Part shown: positions 47,754 to 57,817 of the stretch, in pieces | Layout of the letters: every line of letters starts with the position of its first letter | Position numbering within the stretch: the stretch's first letter is position 1 | Assembly (NCBI GenBank): GCA_963663965.2 | Contig: CAXXFK010000023.1 | Coordinates: 50,351 to 114,350, forward strand | Source of the DNA: Sedimentisphaerales bacterium | Lineage (GTDB): Bacteria; Planctomycetota; Phycisphaerae; Sedimentisphaerales; SM23-30 | DNA: 64,000 nt | Reading direction: 5' to 3' | Made by a program: the position numbers and the translations under genes | The notes under the pieces: model-generated | The model's database searches: none | The model's input: the letters and a program-made list of their open reading frames with translations, nothing else | What the model was told of the DNA's origin: nothing

Positions 47754-49466
47754 TTATTTATCATTATAAGTCAACCTCAATACCGGATCGCCAAAGAAGC
47801 AACGATCCAACTGGATGGGATCCTGATCTGCATTTTGCCTGTGATCCGTCGTTAAAATCGTCAAGAACCGATTCCCGGGCGTTATCGCCAGTTGGGTCCA
47901 CTGAGAAAATCCCGGCTTAACGGCCTGATAACTTTTCTGCTCTTTCCCGTCGATCAAAATCCAGAAATCAGACATACCCCGGTCATTTAAATCCGTTTCA
48001 TTGGGAGAAACAGCAACGGCGCACAGGGCTTCGAATCCGGCAATGTCAACATTGGCAGGCAAATCTTTTCGGATCGCTTCCAGGTCAAAAGTAATCCCCA
48101 AATTGGCATGCATGGAAATGGCCGGATGGAAGGGATAGCCATATTTAATGTCATGATCGGTCAAATTGCCGCCTTCAGAGCGATAGACCTTATTCAATAC
48201 GGTTATATCCTTACGAAAACAACCGGAGGTCCTGGGACCAGGCGTCATTTGCGTACCCAGTGAACTAACCACCAGAGGCCCGCCATTACTATTGGGGACA
48301 AAAACTCCGTCAACATATTTCAACGGCGCCACCGGATTATACGTTGAATTGGCGCTACGCGTACTCTTGCCCCGTTCGACATACTCGGTGAATTTGCCGG
48401 TGGCGGGATCAATCACCATATCGGGATTGCCAGCGCCAAAGCCATTACCTCCGCCTATTACATCGGCCAGATCGATCGCCATTTGTCCCCTCCAGGCCAA
48501 ACCGGAGGAACTGGAGATATCCCGCACAAACGCCTCTTTTTCCATCGTAATTGAGTGTACTTTACCGCTGGCCGGATCCACCCGGCCGGCCTGACCGGCC
48601 TCTATCAAACTACTGCTGCGTTCCTGCCCTCTTTTCCCCGCCAGCAGAGACGCCCGCCCTTTAATCATATGGACCTGACTGGATCCCGAGGAATCCACGA
48701 TAACACCAAATTCGGTCCCCAAATCGATCACTTTAGAGTTGGGCGTGACAATGGAAAAACCAATGGCATCGGGACCGATGCGGGCATAGGCGCGCCCCCG
48801 CTGCAAATCCAGCCGGTCGGACGCCACCAGGGAAAACCGGGCGGGGCCTTCAATGACGACTTCAGCGCCATCATGAAAGGCAAACTTAGCGCAGCCGGTT
48901 TCGAGTTCCAGTTCGCCGGGATAGATTTTTTCGCCGATACGATATTCCACCCCACCGGGCTTCCATTGGACATTCATGGCGTCGGCCATCAGCCCTACCG
49001 AATGAATGGGGGCCGGCTGACACTGCATAAGCGTGCGGTCCAGCCATAACACCGTTAAGCACAATAGCACAATCGCCGCAGTACGCGCGACGAGCTTTAT
49101 CAATTTCTGAAATGAGGGTTCGCTACGGCGAGGCAAACCGGCTTTAGAATCACCGGGGGGTTCGGGCAACGTGTCCTGAGATTCCCGCATCGCCTTGCGT
49201 ACTGCCGATTCGCTCAAATCTTTTTCAACCACCTGGCGGAAGGGATCGTCTATTTCCAGCGCATCACATACCGGGCTGGATTCAAAAATGAATCCGGATT
49301 GATTCATGGTGGCATGATTGGCCATAAATTCAAGGTAGATTGCCCGGGCTTCCGGATCGTTTGCCAGCAGATCTTCCAATATTTCAAACTCATGCGGTTT
49401 TAACTGGTTTTGCAGGGCCCGCCAAGCTAATGTGGTAATCTGAATGATTTTGGTATTCTCTTTCAA
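47754..49466 (-). CDS. FecR-domain anti-sigma factor with NPCBM/NEW2-like domain
   Basis: EVVIEGPA, VIDLGTEFGV, MHANLGITFDL; paralogue of 40266-42011. Confidence 0.88.
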   Translation of the reverse strand: MKENTKIIQITTLAWRALQNQLKPHEFEILEDLLANDPEARAIYLEFMANHATMNQSGFIFESSPVCDALEIDDPFRQVVEKDLSESAVRKAMRESQDTLPEPPGDSKAGLPRRSEPSFQKLIKLVARTAAIVLLCLTVLWLDRTLMQCQPAPIHSVGLMADAMNVQWKPGGVEYRIGEKIYPGELELETGCAKFAFHDGAEVVIEGPARFSLVASDRLDLQRGRAYARIGPDAIGFSIVTPNSKVIDLGTEFGVIVDSSGSSQVHMIKGRASLLAGKRGQERSSSLIEAGQAGRVDPASGKVHSITMEKEAFVRDISSSSGLAWRGQMAIDLADVIGGGNGFGAGNPDMVIDPATGKFTEYVERGKSTRSANSTYNPVAPLKYVDGVFVPNSNGGPLVVSSLGTQMTPGPRTSGCFRKDITVLNKVYRSEGGNLTDHDIKYGYPFHPAISMHANLGITFDLEAIRKDLPANVDIAGFEALCAVAVSPNETDLNDRGMSDFWILIDGKEQKSYQAVKPGFSQWTQLAITPGNRFLTILTTDHRQNADQDPIQLDRCFFGDPVLRLTYNDK

Positions 49467-49476
49467 AGCATGCCCC

Positions 49477-50010
49477 TTATTCCATCGTTATTGTGCGCCG
49501 GACACAGGCCAGTAAGATGGCGTGAATACGGATAATAGCCCGATACGTTTGGTGGATAGACAACCCGACCCGCAAGGCCAGGTCTTTTCCTTTAATATCT
49601 TCTTCATAATGCAGCCGGACCATTTTCTTTTCTTTTTCCGGAAGCGCCTCGACACATTTTTGTAACGCGTCTTTCCGGTCATCCATCTCTTTAATCACGG
49701 TACGGGAGGCGTCTTCGATCAGTTCCAGCACATCGCTGCGAAACTGAACTTTTGACCGGCTGAATTTTTTGCGAGCTTCAAGAATGCAAAACCAGGCGAT
49801 TTTCTTGCCCCAGGCGACAAAATCGCTGCCGGGGACGAATTCCGAAAATTTCTGCCACATACGGGACATGGTTTCCTGCATGATGTCTTCGGCGTCACTT
49901 TGATTGGGAACCAGACTGATAATGTAGACAAATATCTTTTTTTCATTGCCCCACATGAATTTAAGAAACTGGTCGGAAAGTTTCTTTTCTGGATGTTCGT
50001 TAAATTCCAA
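49477..50010 (-). CDS. ECF sigma-70 factor (PVC-type)
   Basis: IFVYIISLV..DAEDIMQET..MWQKF..GSDFVAW; paralogue of 42008-42556. Confidence 0.95.
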   Translation of the reverse strand: MEFNEHPEKKLSDQFLKFMWGNEKKIFVYIISLVPNQSDAEDIMQETMSRMWQKFSEFVPGSDFVAWGKKIAWFCILEARKKFSRSKVQFRSDVLELIEDASRTVIKEMDDRKDALQKCVEALPEKEKKMVRLHYEEDIKGKDLALRVGLSIHQTYRAIIRIHAILLACVRRTITME

Positions 50011-50683
50011 TTTGATACTGTTTCCTAGAATATGGTCTTCGTCAAGTAGTGCTTATGGTCCTGGCGGGTACCGGCCAAGAGAATAATGGGGCGGGTAATA
50101 GTATGCCGCACCTCTGTGAATGCTCTATTTCTATAAATGGCATATGCGGTGAAATATTTGCATAAATGCATTAAAAGTATTTCAGAGAAAAACGGTCTAC
50201 CGCTCACAACGTTAATGTTTCAAATGAATTATGGCACAAAAATAAAAATTGGGTTCGTTTTGTTTTGGATGGCCAAGCCTTTATTACCCCATCGGATTTG
50301 TGTGGCATTCCCCCGCGCCGTGGGCCGCCCAGGGTCATGCGTTTAACCTTTAATGTACCCACTATTTATTAAAATTGGATATGATATCAACAATGAAACT
50401 TATTTTTATTTTCGCAATAATCTGAAATGTTGATGCCGCATAGATGTATTCCGAACAAACCTACAAAAACAAGTTTTTTATACACCAGATTTTACCCGTC
50501 AAATATTCAGGTGGTATTACATTACTGGATGGAGGAGAAAGGCGGGTGAGTTGTGCGCACACGAGCTGTCATACCTTAATTCATTGATTCGTAAGCGGTT
50601 AGGACATTTGTGCAATACGCGGCCCGTTGTTTGAGTTAATCTTTGGATTCATAAAATCCCCTCATATAGAAAGGCACATAACC

Positions 50684-53281
50684 ATGAGAAACCAAATTAG
50701 AAAAAATACCCTGACGTTTATTGGGGCGCTGGCGTTTCTGCTGGCGGCGTTGCCGGTCGTATCGAACGCGGCTGACGCGATTCGGCCCCCGGCGGTCCCG
50801 CTGATTGCGTGCGATCCATATTTCAGTATCTGGTCGTGTTCGGATACCTTGAATGGCGATGTGACCCGTCACTGGACGGGGAGGCCGCATCCGCTGACCT
50901 CGCTGATCCGGATCGACGGCAAAACCTATCGTCTGATGGGCGCTGAGCCCAAAGATATTCCGGCGCTCCAACAGACCGCGCTGGCGGTTTATCCTACCCG
51001 GACCGTTTATACTTTTGAAGGCGCCGGGGTCAGTGTCGAGATGACCTTTATGCAGCCGGCGCTGCCTGATGATATCGATCTACTGAGTCTGCCGGTTGTC
51101 TATCTGACCTGGCAATGCCGTTCCACGGATGAGCAACAACATGAAGCGTCGATCTATCTGGATGCCGGGATGGAACTGGTGGTCAACGACGACAGTCAGG
51201 AGGTGATCTGGTCCAAAGAACAGATCGGTGACATGACCGCGTTAAAAGCAGGCTCGCGTGAACAGAACATCCTGGGGCGCAAAGGCGACAATGTCCGGAT
51301 TGACTGGGGCTATTTCTATATGGCGGCCCAGCCCAGAAATCTGCAAAGCGCCATTGCCCCGGCGGAAGAATGCCGCAGCGCCTTTGCCGGCTCAGGCGAG
51401 CTGACCGAAACGGTCGCGACGAATATGCCGCGCCGTGTACGTGAAAACGCACCAGTGATGGCCATGCGTTTTGGCTTGAGACCGATCGGGGCGGGATCAC
51501 GCCGGCCTTCGCGTTGCAGCGTTATGCTGGCTTATGACGATATCGAATCGGTGCTGTATTTTTCCAAGCCGTTAAAAGCCTGGTGGAAACGGGAGGGCAA
51601 GACGATTCAAGAAGCCTTGACCGAATCGGCCGCACAGTTCCGTCAACGGGCCCAGCGCTGCATGGAGTTTGATGGCGAACTCATGGCCGATCTGGAGGCC
51701 GCCGGCGGCCCGGATTATGTATCGATCGGTTCGCTGGCTTATCGCCAGGCACTGGGCGCCAATAAAATTGTCGCGGATAAAAACGGCATGCCCCTGATGT
51801 TCAGTAAAGAAAACTTCAGTAACGGCTGTATGGGTACGGTCGATGTTTTCTATCCGTTCGCGCCCCAGGTAATATTGTTGAACCCAACCCTGGCCAAGGC
51901 TTCGTTTGTACCCATTCTGGAATACGGACGTTCCGAACGCTGGCGTTTTCCATTTGCCCCGCATGATATCGGGACTTATCCCCACGCCATGGGGCAGGTC
52001 TACGGCGGCGGTGAGCGTTCGGAAGAAAACCAGATGCCCGTGGAAGAATGCGGCAATATGATGCTGCTGGTGGCGGGCGTGGTGGCGGCCGAAGGCGATG
52101 TAGCATTCGCGCGGCAATACTGGGATGTACTGACCCGCTGGGCGGAATATCTCAAGAGCAAGGGGCTGGATCCGGAAAATCAGTTGTGTACGGACGATTT
52201 TGCCGGTCATCTGGCGCATAACGTTAACCTGTCGGTCAAGGCGATTGTCGCGTTGGGCGCTTATGCCAAGATGGCCGATCTGATGGGCGAAAAAGAGACG
52301 GCCCGTTCCTATCGTCAGACGGCGGAATCTTATGTCAAGCGGTGGATGCAGATGGCTGATAACGGCGATCATTACCGCCTGGCTTTCGATCGAGAAGACA
52401 CCTGGAGCCAGAAATACAATCTGATCTGGGATCTGTTGTTGAAACTGGATCTGTTCCCGGATTCGGTCGCCCAAAAAGAGATGGCTTACTATAAGAAAAT
52501 TCAAAAAGAGTTCGGCCTGCCGCTGGATAATCGCAGCGACTATACCAAGCTGGACTGGATCTTCTGGACGGCGTCGATTACCAACAATAAGGCTGATTTT
52601 GAGGCGCTGATTGCCCCGGTGGCCCGATTCCTCAACGCAACCCCAGACCGTGTTCCCATGACTGACTGGTACTGGACTCACAACGCCAAGCATCGCGGCT
52701 TCCAGGCCCGACCAGTGGTGGGCGGGGTCTTTATCCGCCTGATGGGCGATGACGCGATCTGGAAAAAATGGGTCAACAAATCCGACAAGGTAACCGGAAC
52801 CTGGGCGCCCCTGCCCAAGCCGCCCAAAATTGTTAAAATCGTCGCAACCTCCGAAGACGAGGCCCAGACCTGGTCCTATACGACCACGCGTCCCGGCGAT
52901 GGCTGGTTCAAGGTGGATTTTGACGCTTCCGGCTGGAAAGAGGGCCCGGGCGGCTTTGGCACCCGTGACACCCCCAGTACGGTCGTGCGGACCCGCTGGG
53001 ATAATTCGGATATCTGGATCCGGCGCACCTTTGAATTAAAAGACGTTCCGGGCGATCTGAAGCTGATGATCCATCATGATGAAGATGCCGATGTTTATAT
53101 TAACGGAGTTCTCGCCGCCCAACTGACCGGCTATACCACCAGTTATATGCCTATCGCATTGACGGAAACCGGCCTGAAGGCGCTTAAACGGGGCAAAAAT
53201 ACCATTGCCATCCATTGTCACCAAACCGGCGGCGGTCAGTATATCGACGCCGGGCTGGTTCGGGTGATCGAACAGGAATAA
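50684..53281 (+). CDS. Glutaminase GtaA-like (DUF4965/DUF5127-type) protein with C-terminal jelly-roll sugar-binding domain
   Basis: RPPAVPLIACDPYFSIWS, FSKENFSNG, FAPHDIG.YP, MPVEECG, QLCTDDFAG, WSQKYNLIWD; HHDEDADVYING. Confidence 0.85.
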   Translation: MRNQIRKNTLTFIGALAFLLAALPVVSNAADAIRPPAVPLIACDPYFSIWSCSDTLNGDVTRHWTGRPHPLTSLIRIDGKTYRLMGAEPKDIPALQQTALAVYPTRTVYTFEGAGVSVEMTFMQPALPDDIDLLSLPVVYLTWQCRSTDEQQHEASIYLDAGMELVVNDDSQEVIWSKEQIGDMTALKAGSREQNILGRKGDNVRIDWGYFYMAAQPRNLQSAIAPAEECRSAFAGSGELTETVATNMPRRVRENAPVMAMRFGLRPIGAGSRRPSRCSVMLAYDDIESVLYFSKPLKAWWKREGKTIQEALTESAAQFRQRAQRCMEFDGELMADLEAAGGPDYVSIGSLAYRQALGANKIVADKNGMPLMFSKENFSNGCMGTVDVFYPFAPQVILLNPTLAKASFVPILEYGRSERWRFPFAPHDIGTYPHAMGQVYGGGERSEENQMPVEECGNMMLLVAGVVAAEGDVAFARQYWDVLTRWAEYLKSKGLDPENQLCTDDFAGHLAHNVNLSVKAIVALGAYAKMADLMGEKETARSYRQTAESYVKRWMQMADNGDHYRLAFDREDTWSQKYNLIWDLLLKLDLFPDSVAQKEMAYYKKIQKEFGLPLDNRSDYTKLDWIFWTASITNNKADFEALIAPVARFLNATPDRVPMTDWYWTHNAKHRGFQARPVVGGVFIRLMGDDAIWKKWVNKSDKVTGTWAPLPKPPKIVKIVATSEDEAQTWSYTTTRPGDGWFKVDFDASGWKEGPGGFGTRDTPSTVVRTRWDNSDIWIRRTFELKDVPGDLKLMIHHDEDADVYINGVLAAQLTGYTTSYMPIALTETGLKALKRGKNTIAIHCHQTGGGQYIDAGLVRVIEQE

Positions 53282-53308
53282 GTTCCCGACTTATATCCGC
53301 TTAAGAAG

Positions 53309-53348
53309 AAAAAAAGGTATCCGCCCTGGGGTGGGTACCTTTTTTTTT
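53309..53348. terminator. Bidirectional intrinsic terminator
   Basis: A-tract, GGTATCCGCCC / GGGTGGGTACC stem, T-tract. Confidence 0.85.
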
Positions 53349-53375
53349 ATGATAAGGACTTGACTTTCGGCCGAT

Positions 53376-53396
53376 ATGGTGTATATTATACACTAT
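53376..53396 (+). promoter_or_regulatory. Putative NrtR operator overlapping the pncB promoter
   Basis: ATGGTGTATATTATACACTAT 21-bp palindrome; TTGACT at 53360-53365. Confidence 0.8.
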
Positions 53397-53415
53397 CTAG
53401 CCAAAAGGAACGATT

Positions 53416-54879
53416 ATGAACCAAACCAATGGGATCTATGGTGCATCGCTGGCGTTGCTGACGGATTTGTATCAGTTAACGATGGCTTATGGCTATTGGA
53501 AACTGGGGCGCAGCGATGAAGAAGCGGTATTTTGTTTAAATTTTCGTAAGCATCCCTTCGGGGGCGGGTACAGTATCGCCTGTGGCCTGTCTTATGTGAT
53601 CGATTATATCAAAACCCTGCGTTTTAGCCCGGACGATCGGGCTTATCTGGCCGGGCTGGTTGGCGCGGATGGCAAGCCGCTGTTCGATTCAGAATTTCTG
53701 GAGGCGCTGGGAAATCTGAAACTGGATATTGATGTTGACGCGGTACCGGAAGGCACTGCCGTTTTCCCACACGAACCCCTGGTCAGGGTGCGGGGGCCGT
53801 TGATTTTGTGCCAACTGCTGGAAACACCGCTGTTGAATATGATCAATTTTCAAACACTGATCGCGACCAAGGCGGCACGGATCTGCCGGGCGGCGCAGAG
53901 CGATGATGTACTGGAATTTGGATTGCGCCGGGCACAGGGGATCGACGGGGCGCTGGCCGCCAGCCGGGCCGCCTATATCGGCGGATGCGCGGGCACATCC
54001 AACGTACTGGCGGGCAAGCAATTCGGGATTCCGGTGAAAGGGACACACGCGCACAGCTGGGTGATGTCTTTCGAGGGCGAACTGGAGGCCTTTGAGGCGT
54101 ATGGCCGGGCGATGCCTAACAACTGTGTTTTTCTGGTGGATACTTATGACACGCTTACCGGTGTGAAAAATGCCATTGCGATCGGCAAACAACTGCGCCA
54201 GAACGGTTATCGTTTGCTGGGAATTCGTCTGGATTCCGGCGACCTGGCTTATCTGAGTATCGAAGCACGCAAGCTGCTGGATGAAGCCGGCTTTGCAGAC
54301 GCGGCCATCGTGGCCAGTAACGATCTGGATGAACACCTGATCGAAAACCTGAAGGCTCAGGGCGCTACCATTGCCATCTGGGGCGTGGGCACCCGGTTGG
54401 CCACGGCTTATGATCAGCCGGCACTGGGGGGTGTTTATAAACTCACGGCCATACGAAATCCGGGCGAACCCTGGCAACATAAAATCAAGTTGTCGGAGCA
54501 GGCGATTAAAATCAACACGCCGGGGATGTTACAGATACGGCGCTTCAAAAGTGATGGGTGGTTTCGGGCGGACATGATCTACGATGAACTGCTGGGAGCT
54601 CCGGAGGAACCCACGATTGTCGATCCGAACGATATGACCCGGCGCAAACATATCGCGCCCAATCTGGGCCATGAGGATCTACTGGTCCCGATTTTTAGAA
54701 AAGGCGAACTTATCTATGATTGCCCGGGTGTGGAGGTGGCGCGTCAGCGCACGGGCAAGCAGCTGGACTACCTGCATGAAACGATTAAACGACTGCTCAA
54801 TCCGCATGAATATCCCTGTGGGTTGGAGCAAGGGTTGTTTGAATTGAAAAACCGGCTCATTCTGGAGGCCAGACAATGA
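53416..54879 (+). CDS. pncB: Nicotinate phosphoribosyltransferase
   Basis: LLTDLYQLTM, EFGLRRAQG, GTHAHSW, LVDTYD, IRLDSGD, GVGT, VYKL. Confidence 0.96.
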   Translation: MNQTNGIYGASLALLTDLYQLTMAYGYWKLGRSDEEAVFCLNFRKHPFGGGYSIACGLSYVIDYIKTLRFSPDDRAYLAGLVGADGKPLFDSEFLEALGNLKLDIDVDAVPEGTAVFPHEPLVRVRGPLILCQLLETPLLNMINFQTLIATKAARICRAAQSDDVLEFGLRRAQGIDGALAASRAAYIGGCAGTSNVLAGKQFGIPVKGTHAHSWVMSFEGELEAFEAYGRAMPNNCVFLVDTYDTLTGVKNAIAIGKQLRQNGYRLLGIRLDSGDLAYLSIEARKLLDEAGFADAAIVASNDLDEHLIENLKAQGATIAIWGVGTRLATAYDQPALGGVYKLTAIRNPGEPWQHKIKLSEQAIKINTPGMLQIRRFKSDGWFRADMIYDELLGAPEEPTIVDPNDMTRRKHIAPNLGHEDLLVPIFRKGELIYDCPGVEVARQRTGKQLDYLHETIKRLLNPHEYPCGLEQGLFELKNRLILEARQ

Positions 54880-56849
54880 AACTCATCAAGGTTGGCGCGG
54901 CAATTTTAAATCAAACACCGCTGGACTGGATCGGAAACCAGGCCCATATTGTCCAGGCGATCCGGCAGGCCTGTACCGATGGCGTGCGGGTGTTGTGTCT
55001 GCCGGAAATGTGTCTGTGCGGCTACGGTTGCGAAGACGCGTTCCTGTCCCCGGGCATGCGCCGGATGGCGCGGCGGGTTTTATTAGAGATCCTGCCGGAA
55101 ACTCATGGGCTGGCGGTTTCGCTGGGATTGCCGGTATTGCATCGCAATCGTTTATATAACGCGGTGTGCCTGGTGGCGGATGGCCGTATTGTGGGCTTTA
55201 CCGCCAAACAAAACCTGGCCCGGGAAGGATTGCATTACGAGCCGCGCTGGTTCAATGCATGGCCGGCCGGGGCGCGTGATACCCTGGTCTATGAGGATGG
55301 CGTTTATCCATTTGGCGATTTGATTTATAACCTGGGTGGCGTTCGGCTGGGCTTTGAGATCTGTGAAGATGCCTGGGTGGCGCGCCGGCCGGGCGGCAAT
55401 CTAAACGATCGAGGGGTTGACCTGATTCTGAATCCCAGCGCCAGTCATTTTGCCTTTGGCAAACATGAAATCCGCAAGCGGTTTGTGCTGGAAGGCTCCC
55501 GTGCGTTTGGCGTTACCTATGTTTACAGCAATTTACTCGGTAATGAAGCCGGAAGGGCTATTTATGATGGCGGCGCGCTGATCGCTTCGGGCGGGACGAT
55601 GGTGGCAGAGGGTCCGCGCTTTTCATTTAAAGATTTCCGGCTGGCCAATGCCATTATCGATCTGGATAAAACCCGCATGCAGCAATCGCGCAGCGGTAAC
55701 AGCAACGCCTCGCTCAGTAATGAAACCGGGTGTATTGAATGTCCATTTGAATGGCTTGAGCCGGTTGATGAAGCGGCGCGGTGCGAAAGCGGCGCCTGGG
55801 AACGGGGCGACCATGTCAAAGAAGAAGAATTTACCCGGGCGGTGGCCCTGGGATTATTTGATTATCTGCGCAAGAGCCGGTCGCGTGGTTTTGTGGTCTC
55901 GCTCAGTGGCGGGACCGATTCGGCCGCGGTGGCCTGTCTGGTGGAGCTGATGGTTCAACTGGGCTGCTGTGAACTGGGCCGTGAAGATTTCAGTCAGAAA
56001 ATCGGCCTGGATCAGGGCGGTTCGGGATCAGAACTGGTTAAAGAATTGCTCACCTGTGTCTATCAGGCAACGGCAAACAGTTCTGAAACGACCCATTCTG
56101 CCGCAGAAGAGCTCGCCGGGGCCTTGGGGGCCCGGTTTATCACTTTTGATGTCGAGGGGATCGTTCGGGCCTATACCGCGCTGGTTGAAAATGCGATTGA
56201 ACGCAAACTGAACTGGGAAGACGATGATATTGCCTTACAGAATATTCAGGCACGGGTCCGGGCGCCGGGCGTGTGGATGCTGGCCAATCTTAAAAACGCA
56301 CTGCTGCTGGCCACCAGTAACCGGTCGGAGGCCGCGGTGGGTTACGCAACCATGGATGGTGATACCTGCGGTGGTCTGAGCCCGATTGCCGGTATTGACA
56401 AAGCGTTTCTGCGCGAGTGGTTGCGCTGGCTGGAGACCGAGGGGCCGGTGGGCCTGAGGGCGATTCCGACACTGAATATGGTGAACCGGCAACAGCCAAC
56501 CGCTGAATTGCGGCCTTTGACAGCCGGGCAAACTGATGAGTCCGATCTGATGCCTTATGACCTGCTTGATGCAGTTGAACGCGCGGCCATCCGTGACAAA
56601 ATGACCCCGCCGGAAGTGTTAAAGGCGATGCAGAGTTCATTCAAACACTATGGCCGGGATCAGCTGGCTCTATGGGTTGAGCGCTTTTTTGGGCTTTGGA
56701 GCCGCAACCAGTGGAAGCGGGAACGCTACGCACCGTCATTCCATCTGGATGATGAGAACCTCGATCCCAAAACCTGGTGTCGTTTTCCTATCCTCTCGGG
56801 CGGTTTTGAAAGAGAGCTGAACGAAATGAAAAAAAATATTCAGTCGTAA
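54876..56849 (+). CDS. nadE: Glutamine-dependent NAD+ synthetase
   Basis: Nitrilase-type domain (LPE, ICEDAW) plus SGGTDS, QNIQARVR, NRSE, PTAEL; ATGA overlap with pncB. Confidence 0.96.
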   Translation: MKLIKVGAAILNQTPLDWIGNQAHIVQAIRQACTDGVRVLCLPEMCLCGYGCEDAFLSPGMRRMARRVLLEILPETHGLAVSLGLPVLHRNRLYNAVCLVADGRIVGFTAKQNLAREGLHYEPRWFNAWPAGARDTLVYEDGVYPFGDLIYNLGGVRLGFEICEDAWVARRPGGNLNDRGVDLILNPSASHFAFGKHEIRKRFVLEGSRAFGVTYVYSNLLGNEAGRAIYDGGALIASGGTMVAEGPRFSFKDFRLANAIIDLDKTRMQQSRSGNSNASLSNETGCIECPFEWLEPVDEAARCESGAWERGDHVKEEEFTRAVALGLFDYLRKSRSRGFVVSLSGGTDSAAVACLVELMVQLGCCELGREDFSQKIGLDQGGSGSELVKELLTCVYQATANSSETTHSAAEELAGALGARFITFDVEGIVRAYTALVENAIERKLNWEDDDIALQNIQARVRAPGVWMLANLKNALLLATSNRSEAAVGYATMDGDTCGGLSPIAGIDKAFLREWLRWLETEGPVGLRAIPTLNMVNRQQPTAELRPLTAGQTDESDLMPYDLLDAVERAAIRDKMTPPEVLKAMQSSFKHYGRDQLALWVERFFGLWSRNQWKRERYAPSFHLDDENLDPKTWCRFPILSGGFERELNEMKKNIQS

Positions 56850-56906
56850 CCATTTTCCCAGTAAGGGATTATATAGTGTTTCGTTAAAAAGTTTTTGTTT
56901 AATCAT

Positions 56907-56956
56907 TTGACATAGTGTCGTTTTTACACCATAATATAGTGTAATTATTACACTAA
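56907..56956 (+). promoter_or_regulatory. nrtR promoter with tandem NrtR operators
   Basis: TTGACA (56907)-17-CATAAT (56930); ATAGTGTCGTTTTTACACCAT (56912-56932) and ATAGTGTAATTATTACACTAA (56936-56956). Confidence 0.85.
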
Positions 56957-56975
56957 CAATTTAGCAGGTGTTGCC

Positions 56976-57665
56976 ATGACTTATCAATACAAATATGCCA
57001 GACCGGCCCTGACAGTGGACTGTGTGGTGTTTGGGCTGGATGAAGAAGATCTAAAGGTGCTGCTGATTCAGCGCGATCTGGAACCGTTTGCCGGGCGCTG
57101 GGCTTTGCCCGGCGGCTTTGTGCATGTGGGCGAATCGCCAGAGGTGGCCGCCCGGCGCGAGCTGGTTGAAGAAACCGGTGTGGGTAATGTGTACCTGGAA
57201 CAGCTTTATACCTTTGGCGAACCGGACCGCGATCCCCGGGAACATATTGTTACGGTGGCCCATTATGCCCTGGTGCGGCTGTCGGATCACAAAGTCCAGG
57301 CCGCCACAGATGCGCGTAATGCGGCGTGGTTTTCCCTGCATGACCTGCCCTCGCTGGCGTTTGATCATGATGACATTCTGCTGATGGCCCAGGAACGGTT
57401 GCGCGGCAAGATCCGTTATCGGCCGATTGGTTTTGAATTGCTGCCCGGTAAATTTACCCTGCGGCAATTGCAGCATCTTTACGAAACGATCCTCGACCGG
57501 CCGCTGGATAAGCGTAACTTTCGCAAAAAGATGCTGGGCATGGATATTCTGGTGGAGCTGGATGAGATTGAAACGGATGTGGCTCATCGCGCGGCCCGGC
57601 TGTATCGGTTTGATAAGAAAAAATATGACCGGATGGTTAAAGAAGGATTTAATTTTGAGATTTGA
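56976..57665 (+). CDS. nrtR: Nudix-related transcriptional regulator
   Basis: [35 protein letters not shown]; w[27 protein letters not shown]. Confidence 0.93.
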   Translation: MTYQYKYARPALTVDCVVFGLDEEDLKVLLIQRDLEPFAGRWALPGGFVHVGESPEVAARRELVEETGVGNVYLEQLYTFGEPDRDPREHIVTVAHYALVRLSDHKVQAATDARNAAWFSLHDLPSLAFDHDDILLMAQERLRGKIRYRPIGFELLPGKFTLRQLQHLYETILDRPLDKRNFRKKMLGMDILVELDEIETDVAHRAARLYRFDKKKYDRMVKEGFNFEI

Positions 57666-57817
57666 TTTCACACAAAGCCGCCAAGCCACGAAGAAAAACA
57701 GCCAAGTCGGCAGCGCCAGAGCTAAAAAGAGAACCACGAATTGACATGAATGAACGCTAATAAGAATATCGTTGGACTCATTGAGGTTGTCGAAGAGTAC
57801 CGAAAGGATGGTATCTA

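Noticed and set aside
51572..52693. Long antisense ORFs (also 1013-1729, 5194-6078, 53689-54480, 57051-57830)
   Set aside because: Shadows of well-supported genes on the opposite strand in GC-rich DNA
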